NCBI GenBank assembly: GCA_036012755.1
Contig: DASCPX010000071.1
Span: 64,001 to 128,000 of the forward strand
Length of the DNA stretch: 64,000 nt
Origin: Myxococcota bacterium
Lineage (GTDB): Bacteria > Myxococcota_A > UBA796 > CAJQPC01
Direction of reading: 5' to 3'
Shown here: positions 1 to 8,910 of the stretch, piece after piece
How the letters are laid out: each line of letters begins with the position of its first letter
How positions within the stretch are numbered: the stretch's first letter is position 1
Made by a program: the position numbers and the translations under genes
The notes under the pieces: generated by a model
Database searches by the model: none
What the model was told of the DNA's origin: nothing
Seen by the model: only the letters and a program-made list of their open reading frames with translations

Positions 1-2
1 AA

Positions 3-215
3 GGCACGCTGGAGCGCGCCGATGGTGGGTGGGCCTACGTGACGGAGTCGTATACCCACCACCTGGTCTACGGCCCCGACGGTCACCTCCTGAAGTGGAC
101 GACCCGCTGGCTGGGCCAGGACGTGGAGCTCCGCCTGATCGGGGAGCCCCCGAAGCGAGACTGGGGCGGCGTGGAGCCGCTGGGCGGCGACGGGGTCCGC
201 GTCGAGGAGCTCTGA
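3..215 (+). CDS. 3' end of a hypothetical protein (runs off the left edge)
   Basis: Open frame from the window start with GC3-rich codons (GTLERADGGWAYVTESYTHHLVYGPDGHLLKWTTRWLGQDVEL...VEEL), TGA at 213-215. Not in the ORF track. Confidence 0.6.
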   Translation, partial: GTLERADGGWAYVTESYTHHLVYGPDGHLLKWTTRWLGQDVELRLIGEPPKRDWGGVEPLGGDGVRVEEL

Positions 216-219
216 GGAG

Positions 220-529
220 GAGCGGGAGCGGGAGCGCACGTGTCGATTCCACTCAGCACGGGCCCCGAGATCGGACCAGCAATGATGAAGGCCGCGCCGC
301 CATAGGCGGGATCCCCCACACCGCCGACGAGTAGATCGGTGACAGCGTCTCCCGTGACATCAGGAGTGACCGCAACCGACAGGCCCGCAAGAGCGCCCTC
401 CGCGTCCCCATCGATGTGCGTCTCGTAGTCCTCCAAGGCGACGTCGCCCCGCGGCGCCGGCGGACAGTCGTCATCGACGGACCCATCACAGTCGTTGTCG
501 AGGAGATCGCAGATGTCTTCGTCGAACGC
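220..529 (-). pseudogene. Remnant of a MopE-repeat/FG-GAP surface protein
   Basis: The frame after a TAG (530-532) reads AFDEDICDLLDNDCDGSVDDDC...PDVTGDAVTDLLVGG...GAAFII: one MopE-type Cys repeat plus one FG-GAP-like repeat, with no start codon ahead of the repeat. Confidence 0.55.
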
Positions 530-560
530 CTACGTCGAGGTTGCGATCGGGAACGACTCC

Positions 561-854
561 TCAGGTTCCCTTCCACGGTCCTCTGCGTTTGGCGCCTGGC
601 CGCGAGACGTGCGTTGATCTCCTTGTAGAACGTCCTGCCGATGACCCAGCCAAAGAGCGCTCCGAGTCCGGTTGTGGTGAGCTGCCAGGATCGATGAAGG
701 GGTCATCCCCCGTCTCCTCCGTTTTCTCTTCCTCCTCAGGGCATTGAACCTCCCCGAACGGGGCGGGTTCTATCGTGCCAGACCCTTCCATTGCGTCGGA
801 CGTCACGACCATCCATACGATGGCAATCCCACTGACGACAGCACCAATCAGCAC
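561..854 (-). CDS. Hypothetical membrane protein, possibly frameshifted or degraded
   Basis: N-terminal hydrophobic stretch (LIGAVVSGIAIVWMVV). A second frame gives another TM-like stretch (TGLGALFGWVIGRTFYKEI). Codon usage is atypical. Confidence 0.3.
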   Translation of the reverse strand: MLIGAVVSGIAIVWMVVTSDAMEGSGTIEPAPFGEVQCPEEEEKTEETGDDPFIDPGSSPQPDSERSLAGSSAGRSTRRSTHVSRPGAKRRGPWKGT

Positions 855-870
855 GCCCGCATGGACAGCG

Positions 871-2556
871 CTACTGAACCCAGAGCACCTGCCAGGTGTG
901 CACGTTCTGGCCTTCGTAGCCCTCGAGGTAGCCCGGGTAGCTCGACGAGCTCGAGTACTGCTGCAGCGGCACGATCTGCATCCACCAGCAGCCCGTGCTG
1001 TCCGTGCTGTCGACGTCCGAGCTCATGTAGTAGTTGCCCGAGCCGTGCTCGTGCAAGCCGTTGAAGCCGCTGCAAGTGGTGGACTCCGCGCCCGCGATCC
1101 AGGTGTAGTCCGTGCCGTCGGTCGTCTCCGACAGAGCGTCGTGTTCCTGGGTCCACACCGTGTAGTGGGCCCGCGTGGCCGTGTCCCAGGTGCCCGAGTT
1201 GCCGACCTCGAGCCGGAGGGTCCAGGCCCCCGAGCTGTCCTCGAAGTCCGCCAGATCGTCGAGGTACGAGAAGTCGTCGTCCTCTGGCGAGCCCACGTCA
1301 CCGTAGATCGAGGAGCTCCAGAAGGTCGGGTAGTGCGAGGAGAAGAGCTTGGTCCAGCCGCCCCCGTCGTTCGTCATGTCGCACCAGGCTTCCCAGGAGT
1401 CCGAGGTGTCGCCGTCGTCGTCCGGGTCGATCCAGTACAGACCGTCTCCAGTGGACGCCCCGCTGTCGTAGACGTCCTTGCAGGACACCGCCGAGCAGGT
1501 CACGTCGCTTCCGAGCGCGCCGGAGTCCACGTCGCCGTCGCAGTCGTTGTCGACGCCGTCACAGATCTCGCTCTCGCCCGGGTTCGCGCTGGCGTCGTCG
1601 TCGTCGCAGTCCGTGTCGTCGGTGACCGTGTCGCTCGGCTGGACGCAGGCCACGGTGGACACCGATGAGTCGCCGTAGCCGTCCCCGTCGCTGTCGTCGT
1701 ACCAGGTGGTCGCGCTCGAGGTGTCGAGGTCCGAGTCGTCGTCGTCGATGTCCCCGTCACAGTCGTCGTCGATGTCGTTGCAGACCTCTGTCGCCCCGGG
1801 GTTCACGTCCTCTTCGGTGTCGTCACAGTCCGTGTCATCGGCCACGAACTCATCCGGGCGGCTGCAGGCCTCGACAGAGATGGAGGCGTAGCCGTAGCCG
1901 TCCCCGTCGACGTCCACATACCAGGTGCTCGCGTCGGCCACAGAGGGGTCGTCGTCGTCGACCGCCTCGTCGCAGTCGTCGTCGTAGCCGTTGCAGAGCT
2001 CCTCTGCGTCGGGATGGATCACGTTGTCGCTGTCGTCGCAGTCCGTGTCGTCCTCGACGTAGCCAGACGGGGCCTCGCATTCCTCGATGAGGCTGGTCGA
2101 CCCGAAGCCGTCGCCGTCGCCGTCGAAGAACCAGGTCTCGCGATCGACCGCGTCGCTGTCGATGTCGCCGTCGCAGTCGTCGTCGTAGCCGTTGCAGATC
2201 TCGGTAGCGTTCGGGCTGACTGCGGCGTCGCCGTCATCACAGTCGCCCACCTGCCAGGTGGTCTCGCCCGAGCCATCGCAGGCCTCGACGGGGGCCTCCT
2301 CGTCCCCCCAGCCGTCACCGTCCGCGTCCGCGTAGAAGGTGCCCGTGACGTCCTCGTCCACGAGCTCGTCGCAGTCGTCGTCGTAGCCGTTGCAGAGCTC
2401 CTCGGCCTCTGGGTGGACCAGGGCGTCCCCGTCGTCACAGTCGACGTCCTCGGCGTAGCCGTCGGCGTCAGCATCGACAGGTGCGGAGTCGAAGGTCGAG
2501 GACTCGACGGGGTCCTTGTTGCGGCAGGCGAACGACGCGAGGAGGAGCAAGGTCAT
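871..2556 (-). CDS. Lipoprotein with MopE-type (Cu-binding_MopE-like) repeats and a C-terminal fibrinogen-C-like domain
   Basis: MTLLLLASFAC lipobox; repeated DCDDxDxxxxPxAxExCNGYDDDCDG units; C-terminal SCKDV...DGLYWIDP...WCDMTNDGGGWT. Confidence 0.85.
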   Translation of the reverse strand: MTLLLLASFACRNKDPVESSTFDSAPVDADADGYAEDVDCDDGDALVHPEAEELCNGYDDDCDELVDEDVTGTFYADADGDGWGDEEAPVEACDGSGETTWQVGDCDDGDAAVSPNATEICNGYDDDCDGDIDSDAVDRETWFFDGDGDGFGSTSLIEECEAPSGYVEDDTDCDDSDNVIHPDAEELCNGYDDDCDEAVDDDDPSVADASTWYVDVDGDGYGYASISVEACSRPDEFVADDTDCDDTEEDVNPGATEVCNDIDDDCDGDIDDDDSDLDTSSATTWYDDSDGDGYGDSSVSTVACVQPSDTVTDDTDCDDDDASANPGESEICDGVDNDCDGDVDSGALGSDVTCSAVSCKDVYDSGASTGDGLYWIDPDDDGDTSDSWEAWCDMTNDGGGWTKLFSSHYPTFWSSSIYGDVGSPEDDDFSYLDDLADFEDSSGAWTLRLEVGNSGTWDTATRAHYTVWTQEHDALSETTDGTDYTWIAGAESTTCSGFNGLHEHGSGNYYMSSDVDSTDSTGCWWMQIVPLQQYSSSSSYPGYLEGYEGQNVHTWQVLWVQ

Positions 2557-2594
2557 CCGGCGAGTCTACCCGGAACCTCGTCGCCCAGGCACGC

Positions 2595-3851
2595 TCAGGA
2601 GCTGTAGCGCAGCCTCCCCCGCAGGAAGGTGTGCTTCACGCGGCCGGTGAAGGTCCGGCCCAGGAAAGCCGAGTTCTTCGAGCGACCCCGCAGGTGCTCG
2701 AGCACGACCGTCCAGGTCTCATGAGGATCGACCAGGCACAGGTCAGCCGAGCCAGCGGTGACCGTGCCGAGCTCCGGCATGCAAAGGACCCGAGCGGGTC
2801 CGGCTGTCATGAGCCGCACGGCGTGCTCCGCCGTCATCCGCCCCGAGTGGACGAAGCTCAACAGCGCCGCAAAGGCCGTCTCGAGGCCGATGACCCCGAA
2901 GGGCGCGCCGGCGAATCCGCGAGCCTTCTCCTCGGCCGAGTGGGGCGCGTGGTCGGTGGCGACCGCGTCGATGGTCCCGTCCAGGAGCGCCTCCACGAGG
3001 GCCAGGCGGTCATCCTCGCAGCGCAGCGGCGGGTTCATCTTGAAGTTCGGGTCGCCGCCGGCGCAGGCCTCGTCCGTGAGCAGCAGGTGGTGCGGGCTGG
3101 CCTCGCAGGAGACCCGAGCCCCCGCCGAGCGAGCCCCCCGTATCGCCTCGAGGCTGCGGCGCGTCGAGGTGTGGAGGACGTGGTACCGAGCGCCGGTCCG
3201 CAGAGCCATCTCCACGTCGCGCTCGACCATGAGGCCCTCTGCGTCGGCCGGCTGTCCGCGCAAGCCCAGCGCCTCGGAGGTCGGGCCCAGGGTCATAGGC
3301 GCCTGCCTCGAGACACGGAGGTCCTCTGCGTGCTGCATGAAGAGCAGGTCGTGCTCCGCGCAGAGGGCGAGCGAGCCCTCCATGAGGGCGTCGTCCATGA
3401 CGGGGAGGCCGTCGTCCGTGATCGCGACCGCGCCTGCACCGGCCAGCGCAGGGTGGTCCGTGAGCCGCTCCCCGGCGAGGTCGACCGTCGCGGCAGCGGC
3501 CACCAGGATGCGGATGCCGTCGACACGCTCGGACTCCTTGGCCTCGAAGCGCACCCGCTCCGGGGTGTCGAGTCGCGGCTGGGTGTTGGGCATCACGACG
3601 ACCGTGGTGATGCCTCCAGCCAGAGCCGCAGCGGAGCCGGTTTCGATGGTCTCCTTGTACTCGAAGCCGGGCTGGCGAAAGTGGACCTGCAGGTCGACGA
3701 GGCCTGCCATCGCCCAGAGTCCGCGACCATCCAGGACCTCGTCGTCGACAGGCCCCGGGTCCAGGGTGATGCCCTCTGGCCGGACCAGCAGATCGCAGAC
3801 GCGGTCGATGCCAGCCGCGGGATCGATGAGCCGAGCGCCTCTCACGAGCAT
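2595..3851 (-). CDS. pyrC: Dihydroorotase (long, multifunctional-complex type)
   Basis: DLQVHFRQPG, GGITTVVVMPNT, TDDG, HAED, KMNPPLR, ATDHAPH, SKNSAF. Start set at MLVRGARLIDP. Confidence 0.92.
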   Translation of the reverse strand: MLVRGARLIDPAAGIDRVCDLLVRPEGITLDPGPVDDEVLDGRGLWAMAGLVDLQVHFRQPGFEYKETIETGSAAALAGGITTVVVMPNTQPRLDTPERVRFEAKESERVDGIRILVAAAATVDLAGERLTDHPALAGAGAVAITDDGLPVMDDALMEGSLALCAEHDLLFMQHAEDLRVSRQAPMTLGPTSEALGLRGQPADAEGLMVERDVEMALRTGARYHVLHTSTRRSLEAIRGARSAGARVSCEASPHHLLLTDEACAGGDPNFKMNPPLRCEDDRLALVEALLDGTIDAVATDHAPHSAEEKARGFAGAPFGVIGLETAFAALLSFVHSGRMTAEHAVRLMTAGPARVLCMPELGTVTAGSADLCLVDPHETWTVVLEHLRGRSKNSAFLGRTFTGRVKHTFLRGRLRYSS

Positions 3852-3883
3852 GCCCGCCAGATAGCACATGATACCCGCCCCGG

Positions 3884-4447
3884 GTGTCTTGGAAGAACTG
3901 GATCCGGGTAGCCCTGCTGCTGGTGGTGGTGAGCGCCTTCGCAGCCGGTTGGTACTTCGACCTCGAGGACAAGATCGAGGTCGAGGTCGTCCGCGACACC
4001 CTCCAGGGCTTCGGCCACTTCGGCGGCCTCGTCTTCATCGCCGTCGTCAGCTTCGTGCAGCCGCTGCACATCAGCATCTATGTCTTCCTGGTGGCAGCCT
4101 CCCTTGTCTGGCCGCCGGTGGAGGCCATCATCTATGGCTGGCTGGCGACGATCGGCTGTGCCCTGACGAGCTTCGCCTTTGGCCGCTTCATGGCCCGGGA
4201 GTGGGTCGAGGCCCACGTCCCGAAGAAGTTCAAGAAGTACCAGGACCGGCTGGAGCGTCACACCTTCAAGACCGTGCTCATCCTGCGGCTGGTGTTCTTC
4301 ACCACGCCGATGCTGCAGTTCATGTACGGCGCCGTGCGGCTGCGGTTCTGGCCCTGGTTCGCCGCGACCTGCATCGGCAACCTCCCCACCGTCGTCGTAG
4401 TCGTCTTGCTGGGTTGGAAGATCACCGCCTGGTTCGAGACCCTCTGA
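3884..4447 (+). CDS. DedA/TVP38-TMEM64 (VTT-domain) membrane protein
   Basis: Multiple TM segments; FAFGRFMAREWV and VLILRLVF...YGAVRLRFWPWFAATCIGNLP pattern. Confidence 0.8.
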   Translation: MSWKNWIRVALLLVVVSAFAAGWYFDLEDKIEVEVVRDTLQGFGHFGGLVFIAVVSFVQPLHISIYVFLVAASLVWPPVEAIIYGWLATIGCALTSFAFGRFMAREWVEAHVPKKFKKYQDRLERHTFKTVLILRLVFFTTPMLQFMYGAVRLRFWPWFAATCIGNLPTVVVVVLLGWKITAWFETL

Positions 4448-4539
4448 GCCCCGTCCCGCTCCTGGCATGGACGTGACGAAACGTTGCCCGAGACCAGGAG
4501 TTCCACGTGGTACGACTCCTCTCTTTCGAGAGAGGGATC

Positions 4540-6075
4540 ATGCTGACGAGACGTCGCCTGCTGGGCAGCGCCGCCATGGGCCTCGGCGTGCTGACGATGC
4601 CGAGCTTCCTCGCGGGCTGTAGGAAGAGCCCCGAAGCGCTCGCCACCGCTCCGATCCCGGAGGATCCCTTTCTGTCCTGGTTCGGCATCGACGAGGGCCT
4701 CGTTCGCCGGGTGATGAGCCAGCTGACAGCTCGAGGCGCGGACCTCGCGGATCTCTACTTCCAGCACAGCCGGACCTCGTCCATCTCGCTGGAGGACGGC
4801 ATCGTCGCAAAGGCCACGACCTCCATCGACCAGGGGGTCGGCCTGCGCGTCGTGGTCGGCGACCAGACCGGGTACGCCTTCACAGAAGACCTCTCGGAGG
4901 AGGCCATCCTGGCAGCGGCTCGCACCGCGGCAGCCATCGCAAAGGGCGCTGCTGTCGAGGTCCCCGAACGCTTCGCGATCAACACCAACGGCGCCCTCTA
5001 CACCCTCGCGGTGCCCTGGAGCGAGATCGGAGCCGACGACAAGCTCCCCAGGATCCGCAAGCTCGAGGAGATCGTGCGGGCGAAGGACCCCCGGATCGAC
5101 AAGGTCAGCATCAGCTGGTGGGACCAGGACGACCGGGTCCTCGTCGCCACCCTCGACGGCAAGATGTGGACCGACCGCCGCCCGATGACCCGCCTGTGGT
5201 GCAGCCTCACCGCCACCGACGGCGACCAGCACGTCAGCAACGGCGCCAACCTCGCGGGCCGCAAGGGCCTGGAGTTCTATGACGACGCGGCCCTGGAGAT
5301 GCTGGCCCAGCAAGCCATCGACCGCACCATGGTGCTCTTCGACGCCATCCGCCCCCCCGCCGGGGAGCTGCCGGTGGTGCTGGCCGCAGGAGCCAGCGGG
5401 ATCCTGCTCCACGAGGCCATCGGGCATGGCCTGGAGGCCGACTTCAACCGCAAGGGCGTCTCGATCTACGCCGATCTGATGGGGCAGCGTGTCGCGCCGG
5501 ACTTCGTCACCATCGTCGACTCCGGCGTCGAGCCCGGCGAGCGGGGCGCCATCGCCTTCGACGACGAGGGCAACGCCACCGAGAACACGGTCCTGGTCGA
5601 AGACGGCGTCCTCGCTTCGTACATGCACGACGAGATCAGCGCCCGGCACTATGGCGTCGAGCCCACCGGCTCCGGGCGCCGCCAGTCCTTCCGCCACGCG
5701 CCGATGCCGCGGATGCGGTGCACCTTCATGGAAGACGGCCCGCACGAGGCCGAGGAGATCATCTCGAGCGTGGAGCTGGGCATCGTCGCCGAGACCTTCA
5801 CCAACGGGCAGGTCCAGATCGGCGCCGGCGACTTCACCTTCTACATCAAGAACGGCTGGCTCATCGAAGACGGCAAGACCACCGCGCCCATCAAGGACGT
5901 GAACATCATCGGCAACGGCCCCGAGTGCCTCCGAAAGGTCACGATGGCCGCCGGAGACGGTGCCCTCGACACGGGGGGCTGGACCTGCGGCAAGAACCGC
6001 CAGAGCGTGCCGGTCAGCCAGGGGCTGCCTACGGTGCTGGTGTCCTCTATGACGGTCGGAGGCGTCGATGCCTGA
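4540..6075 (+). CDS. tldD: TldD metalloprotease subunit with a Tat-lipoprotein-like signal peptide
   Basis: HEAIGHGLEAD zinc motif, TGSGRRQS...PMPRM, CGKNRQSVPVSQG. N-terminus MLTRRRLL...LAGC; AGAGGG SD before the ATG at 4540. Confidence 0.93.
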   Translation: MLTRRRLLGSAAMGLGVLTMPSFLAGCRKSPEALATAPIPEDPFLSWFGIDEGLVRRVMSQLTARGADLADLYFQHSRTSSISLEDGIVAKATTSIDQGVGLRVVVGDQTGYAFTEDLSEEAILAAARTAAAIAKGAAVEVPERFAINTNGALYTLAVPWSEIGADDKLPRIRKLEEIVRAKDPRIDKVSISWWDQDDRVLVATLDGKMWTDRRPMTRLWCSLTATDGDQHVSNGANLAGRKGLEFYDDAALEMLAQQAIDRTMVLFDAIRPPAGELPVVLAAGASGILLHEAIGHGLEADFNRKGVSIYADLMGQRVAPDFVTIVDSGVEPGERGAIAFDDEGNATENTVLVEDGVLASYMHDEISARHYGVEPTGSGRRQSFRHAPMPRMRCTFMEDGPHEAEEIISSVELGIVAETFTNGQVQIGAGDFTFYIKNGWLIEDGKTTAPIKDVNIIGNGPECLRKVTMAAGDGALDTGGWTCGKNRQSVPVSQGLPTVLVSSMTVGGVDA

Positions 6076-7384
6076 GGAGCTCGTCGGACGCTGCACCGAC
6101 GCCGTCGCCCTGGCCCAGGCCGCCGGCGCACAAGAGGTCTTCGCGACCGCCAGCGACAGGCGCGAGATCGACTTCCAGTATCGGGACGGAGCCCTGGAGA
6201 AGGTCCAGGAGTCGACCTCGAGGAGCCTCTCGCTTCAACTCTACGTCGACGGCCGATACAGCTCCCACAGCACGACCGACCTGCGAGCGGATCGGCTCCA
6301 GAGCTTCGTCGATGAGGCCATCGCCCTGACCCGCATGCTCGAGGAGGACCCCCATCGGCGCCTCCCGGATCCGGAGCTCTTCAGCGACCGACCGGACATC
6401 GACCTCGACCTGGTGGACCCATCGCTCGAGACGATCACAGAAGACGACCGCATCGCCTGGTGCCAGGTCATGGACGAGCAGCTGCGCGAGGACAAGCGCA
6501 CCATTTCGACCACATCTGGGGTGAACCAGAGCGACGGGACCTCGGCGAAGGTCAGCAGCAACGGCTTCACGGGCACGCAGACGACGACCTCGATCTGGAT
6601 GGGCACGGAGGTGACGCTCGAGGACCCGACCGGCGGACGTCCCGAGTCCTGGTGCTGGGTCGGCGGACGTCATCGCGACCAGCTGTGGGACCCGGACAGG
6701 ATCGCGGACGACGCCATGCGGCGAGGTGCCGCGCGCCTGGGCTCGACGAAGGGTCCGACGAAGACGGCCACCATGGTCGTGGACCCCCGCAGCGGTCGCC
6801 GCCTGATCGGGGCCCTCCTTCGCAGCGCGAACGCCCGCAGCATCCAGCAGGGTCGCAGCTTCTGGGCGGACAAACAGGGACAGAAGCTGTTCTCGGAGGC
6901 GCTGTCGATCACCGACGACCCGCTCATCGTGCGCGGGCTCGCGTCCCGGCTCTACGACGGCGAGGGCATCTCCGCGCGCGCTGTGCCCATCATCCACGAG
7001 GGCGTCGTGCAAGACGTCTACGTCGACACCTACTACGGCAGGAAGGCCGAGCTGGCGCCCACCACCGGATCGTCCAGCAACCGGGTGGTCCACCCTGGCG
7101 AGGGCGACCTCGCCGAGATCCTCGCCGATGTCGGCGACGCCATCTACGTCAGCTCCTGGCTCGGAGGCAACTCCGACGGCACGACCGGAGACTTCAGCTT
7201 CGGACTTCGCGGTCACCTCGTGGCCGGCGGAGTCGTAGGAGCACCTATCGGGGAGATGAACATCACCGGAAACCTCCTGGATCTGTTCGCATCGCTCGTC
7301 CGCGTTGGAGCGGACCCCTGGCCCTACAGCACGACGCTCTGCCCGACTCTCGTCTTCGAGGGAGTCCAGTTCTCGGGAGCCTGA
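6068..7384 (+). CDS. tldE: TldE/PmbA non-catalytic partner
   Basis: ITDDP...YDGEG, TTGDFSFG, EMNITGNL; no HExxxH; overlaps the tldD stop. Confidence 0.9.
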   Translation: MPEELVGRCTDAVALAQAAGAQEVFATASDRREIDFQYRDGALEKVQESTSRSLSLQLYVDGRYSSHSTTDLRADRLQSFVDEAIALTRMLEEDPHRRLPDPELFSDRPDIDLDLVDPSLETITEDDRIAWCQVMDEQLREDKRTISTTSGVNQSDGTSAKVSSNGFTGTQTTTSIWMGTEVTLEDPTGGRPESWCWVGGRHRDQLWDPDRIADDAMRRGAARLGSTKGPTKTATMVVDPRSGRRLIGALLRSANARSIQQGRSFWADKQGQKLFSEALSITDDPLIVRGLASRLYDGEGISARAVPIIHEGVVQDVYVDTYYGRKAELAPTTGSSSNRVVHPGEGDLAEILADVGDAIYVSSWLGGNSDGTTGDFSFGLRGHLVAGGVVGAPIGEMNITGNLLDLFASLVRVGADPWPYSTTLCPTLVFEGVQFSGA

Positions 7385-8385
7385 TGGACCGCAACGAGAT
7401 CGTTCGCGCGCTGGAGACAGGCACGGAGCTCCGTGCGGCCCTGGACGCCGCGCGCCAGCTGGAGGGAGACGGTGAGCTCTTGGAGCTGTCCTTCCGCGTC
7501 GCCACGCGCCACGCGCCGCCCTGGGTGGACTCGGCCCTGACCCGCTACTGGGCGGACACGATCCGCAAGCGCGGCATGGCGCCGGCCTTCGCCGCGCGGG
7601 TCGTGAACGTGCTGGAGGAGGACCCGGTCGGGCGCGCGCCGGAGCTGCTCGCGGCGACCGCGGTGGAGGCCCGCCGCTTCCATCACCCTACCCCCGTGCG
7701 TCGGGTCATGGGCGCCAAGTGGCCGCGCGTCCTCGTCGTCCTCGGACGCCTCGTCGGCGAGGTCGAAGAGCGCGGCTGGAGCCGTCGCATCGAGGACGCA
7801 TTCCGCAACTGCCTCGCCTGGCAGCGCAGCTGGCCGCTCCGCGACGAGCTCGCGAGCACCCTACGCGGAGTGTTGATCCGGGCCATGCGCTCCGGGATCT
7901 GCCCCAGCCCCCTGGTCCCGACGCCGCTGGACCGCGATCCGGTCGGCACGGTCAAGCTCCTCGGCGAGGCCCTGCGTGCCTGCGTGCGACGACCCGACCG
8001 CCGGTGGCAGCCCTTCATCCGGGTCGCGGCCTCGCTCGTGATGACGGCCCCCGCCACGCCTGGCGATGAGGTCGCCGTCGCGCTGGCCGACGAGGAGCTC
8101 AGGGACGAAGAGACCTTCCTCCTCGTCGAGGCGCTGTTGTCGGTCGAGTCCTGGAGCGAGGACCCCTCGCTGTTGTGGTCACCCAGCGCAGAGCTCGCCC
8201 TGGTCACGCTCTACGTCGAGGGCAGAGACGCGCCGGGGCAGGTCCGCTTGCGGGACTTCCTGGCCCGCATGTGCCCGCCCTCAGACCCCCTCCTCCGTGC
8301 CGCGGAGCAGTCGAACGATGTTGGCCCGGTGGCAGACGAGGAGTACGAGCGCCAGTGGTACGGACAGGTTGAGCAGCTCGGGTGA
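7384..8385 (+). CDS. Hypothetical protein
   Basis: ATG overlaps the tldE stop (TGATG); begins MDRNEIVRALETG; GC3-rich codons; no recognisable motif. Confidence 0.65.
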   Translation: MDRNEIVRALETGTELRAALDAARQLEGDGELLELSFRVATRHAPPWVDSALTRYWADTIRKRGMAPAFAARVVNVLEEDPVGRAPELLAATAVEARRFHHPTPVRRVMGAKWPRVLVVLGRLVGEVEERGWSRRIEDAFRNCLAWQRSWPLRDELASTLRGVLIRAMRSGICPSPLVPTPLDRDPVGTVKLLGEALRACVRRPDRRWQPFIRVAASLVMTAPATPGDEVAVALADEELRDEETFLLVEALLSVESWSEDPSLLWSPSAELALVTLYVEGRDAPGQVRLRDFLARMCPPSDPLLRAAEQSNDVGPVADEEYERQWYGQVEQLG

Positions 8386-8871
8386 GCTCCACCAGAGGCC
8401 GACCTGGATCGCGACCAGCGCGACGAGCGAGGCCAGCGAGCTCTTCTTGAAGACAGCGAAGACCAGGATCCACACGCCGGCGGTGACCAGCGCCGGCAAG
8501 GGGGCCAGGACCAGCAGCACCCCCGCCGAGGTCGCCACGCCCTTTCCGCCGTCGAAGCGCAGCCACACGGGCCAGCAGTGGCCGATGACCGCGGCGAAGC
8601 CGACCGCCAGCGCCATCCAGGGCTCCGGGAGCAGCAGGACCGCGCCGAGGGTCGGCAGCAGCCCCTTGCCCAGATCCAGCGCCAGTGTCGCTGCTCCAAG
8701 GCCCCTGCCGGCTGACCGAGCCACGTTGGTGGCGCCGATGTTCCCCGAGCCCTCGAGGCGCACATCGACGCCGGCGAAGCGACGCGCCAGGATCAGGCCG
8801 AAGGGCGCGGCCCCGAGCAAGTACGTCAACAGCGCGTAGAACGCAAAGAGAGCGACGGCGACAGGCGTCAC
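8281..8871 (-). CDS. plsY: Glycerol-3-phosphate acyltransferase PlsY
   Basis: GSGNIGATNVAR, DLGKG, GHCWPVWLRFDGGKGVAT, HRANIVRL. Confidence 0.95.
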   Translation of the reverse strand: MTPVAVALFAFYALLTYLLGAAPFGLILARRFAGVDVRLEGSGNIGATNVARSAGRGLGAATLALDLGKGLLPTLGAVLLLPEPWMALAVGFAAVIGHCWPVWLRFDGGKGVATSAGVLLVLAPLPALVTAGVWILVFAVFKKSSLASLVALVAIQVGLWWSSPELLNLSVPLALVLLVCHRANIVRLLRGTEEGV

Positions 8872-8910
8872 GATGGGGCATGCTTAACCGCCCCCTTCCC
8901 CGAGGCACCG

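Noticed and set aside
3676..3696. PyrC metal motif reads DLQVH rather than DxHxH, suggesting an inactive PyrC'
   Set aside because: QVHFR variants occur in other long dihydroorotases, and the remaining ligand and substrate motifs (TDDG, HAED, LH, DHAPH, MPNT) are intact.
8281..8385. 105-bp convergent overlap between the hypothetical gene and plsY
   Set aside because: 3' overlaps are common in GC-rich genomes with few stop codons; nothing indicates a function.
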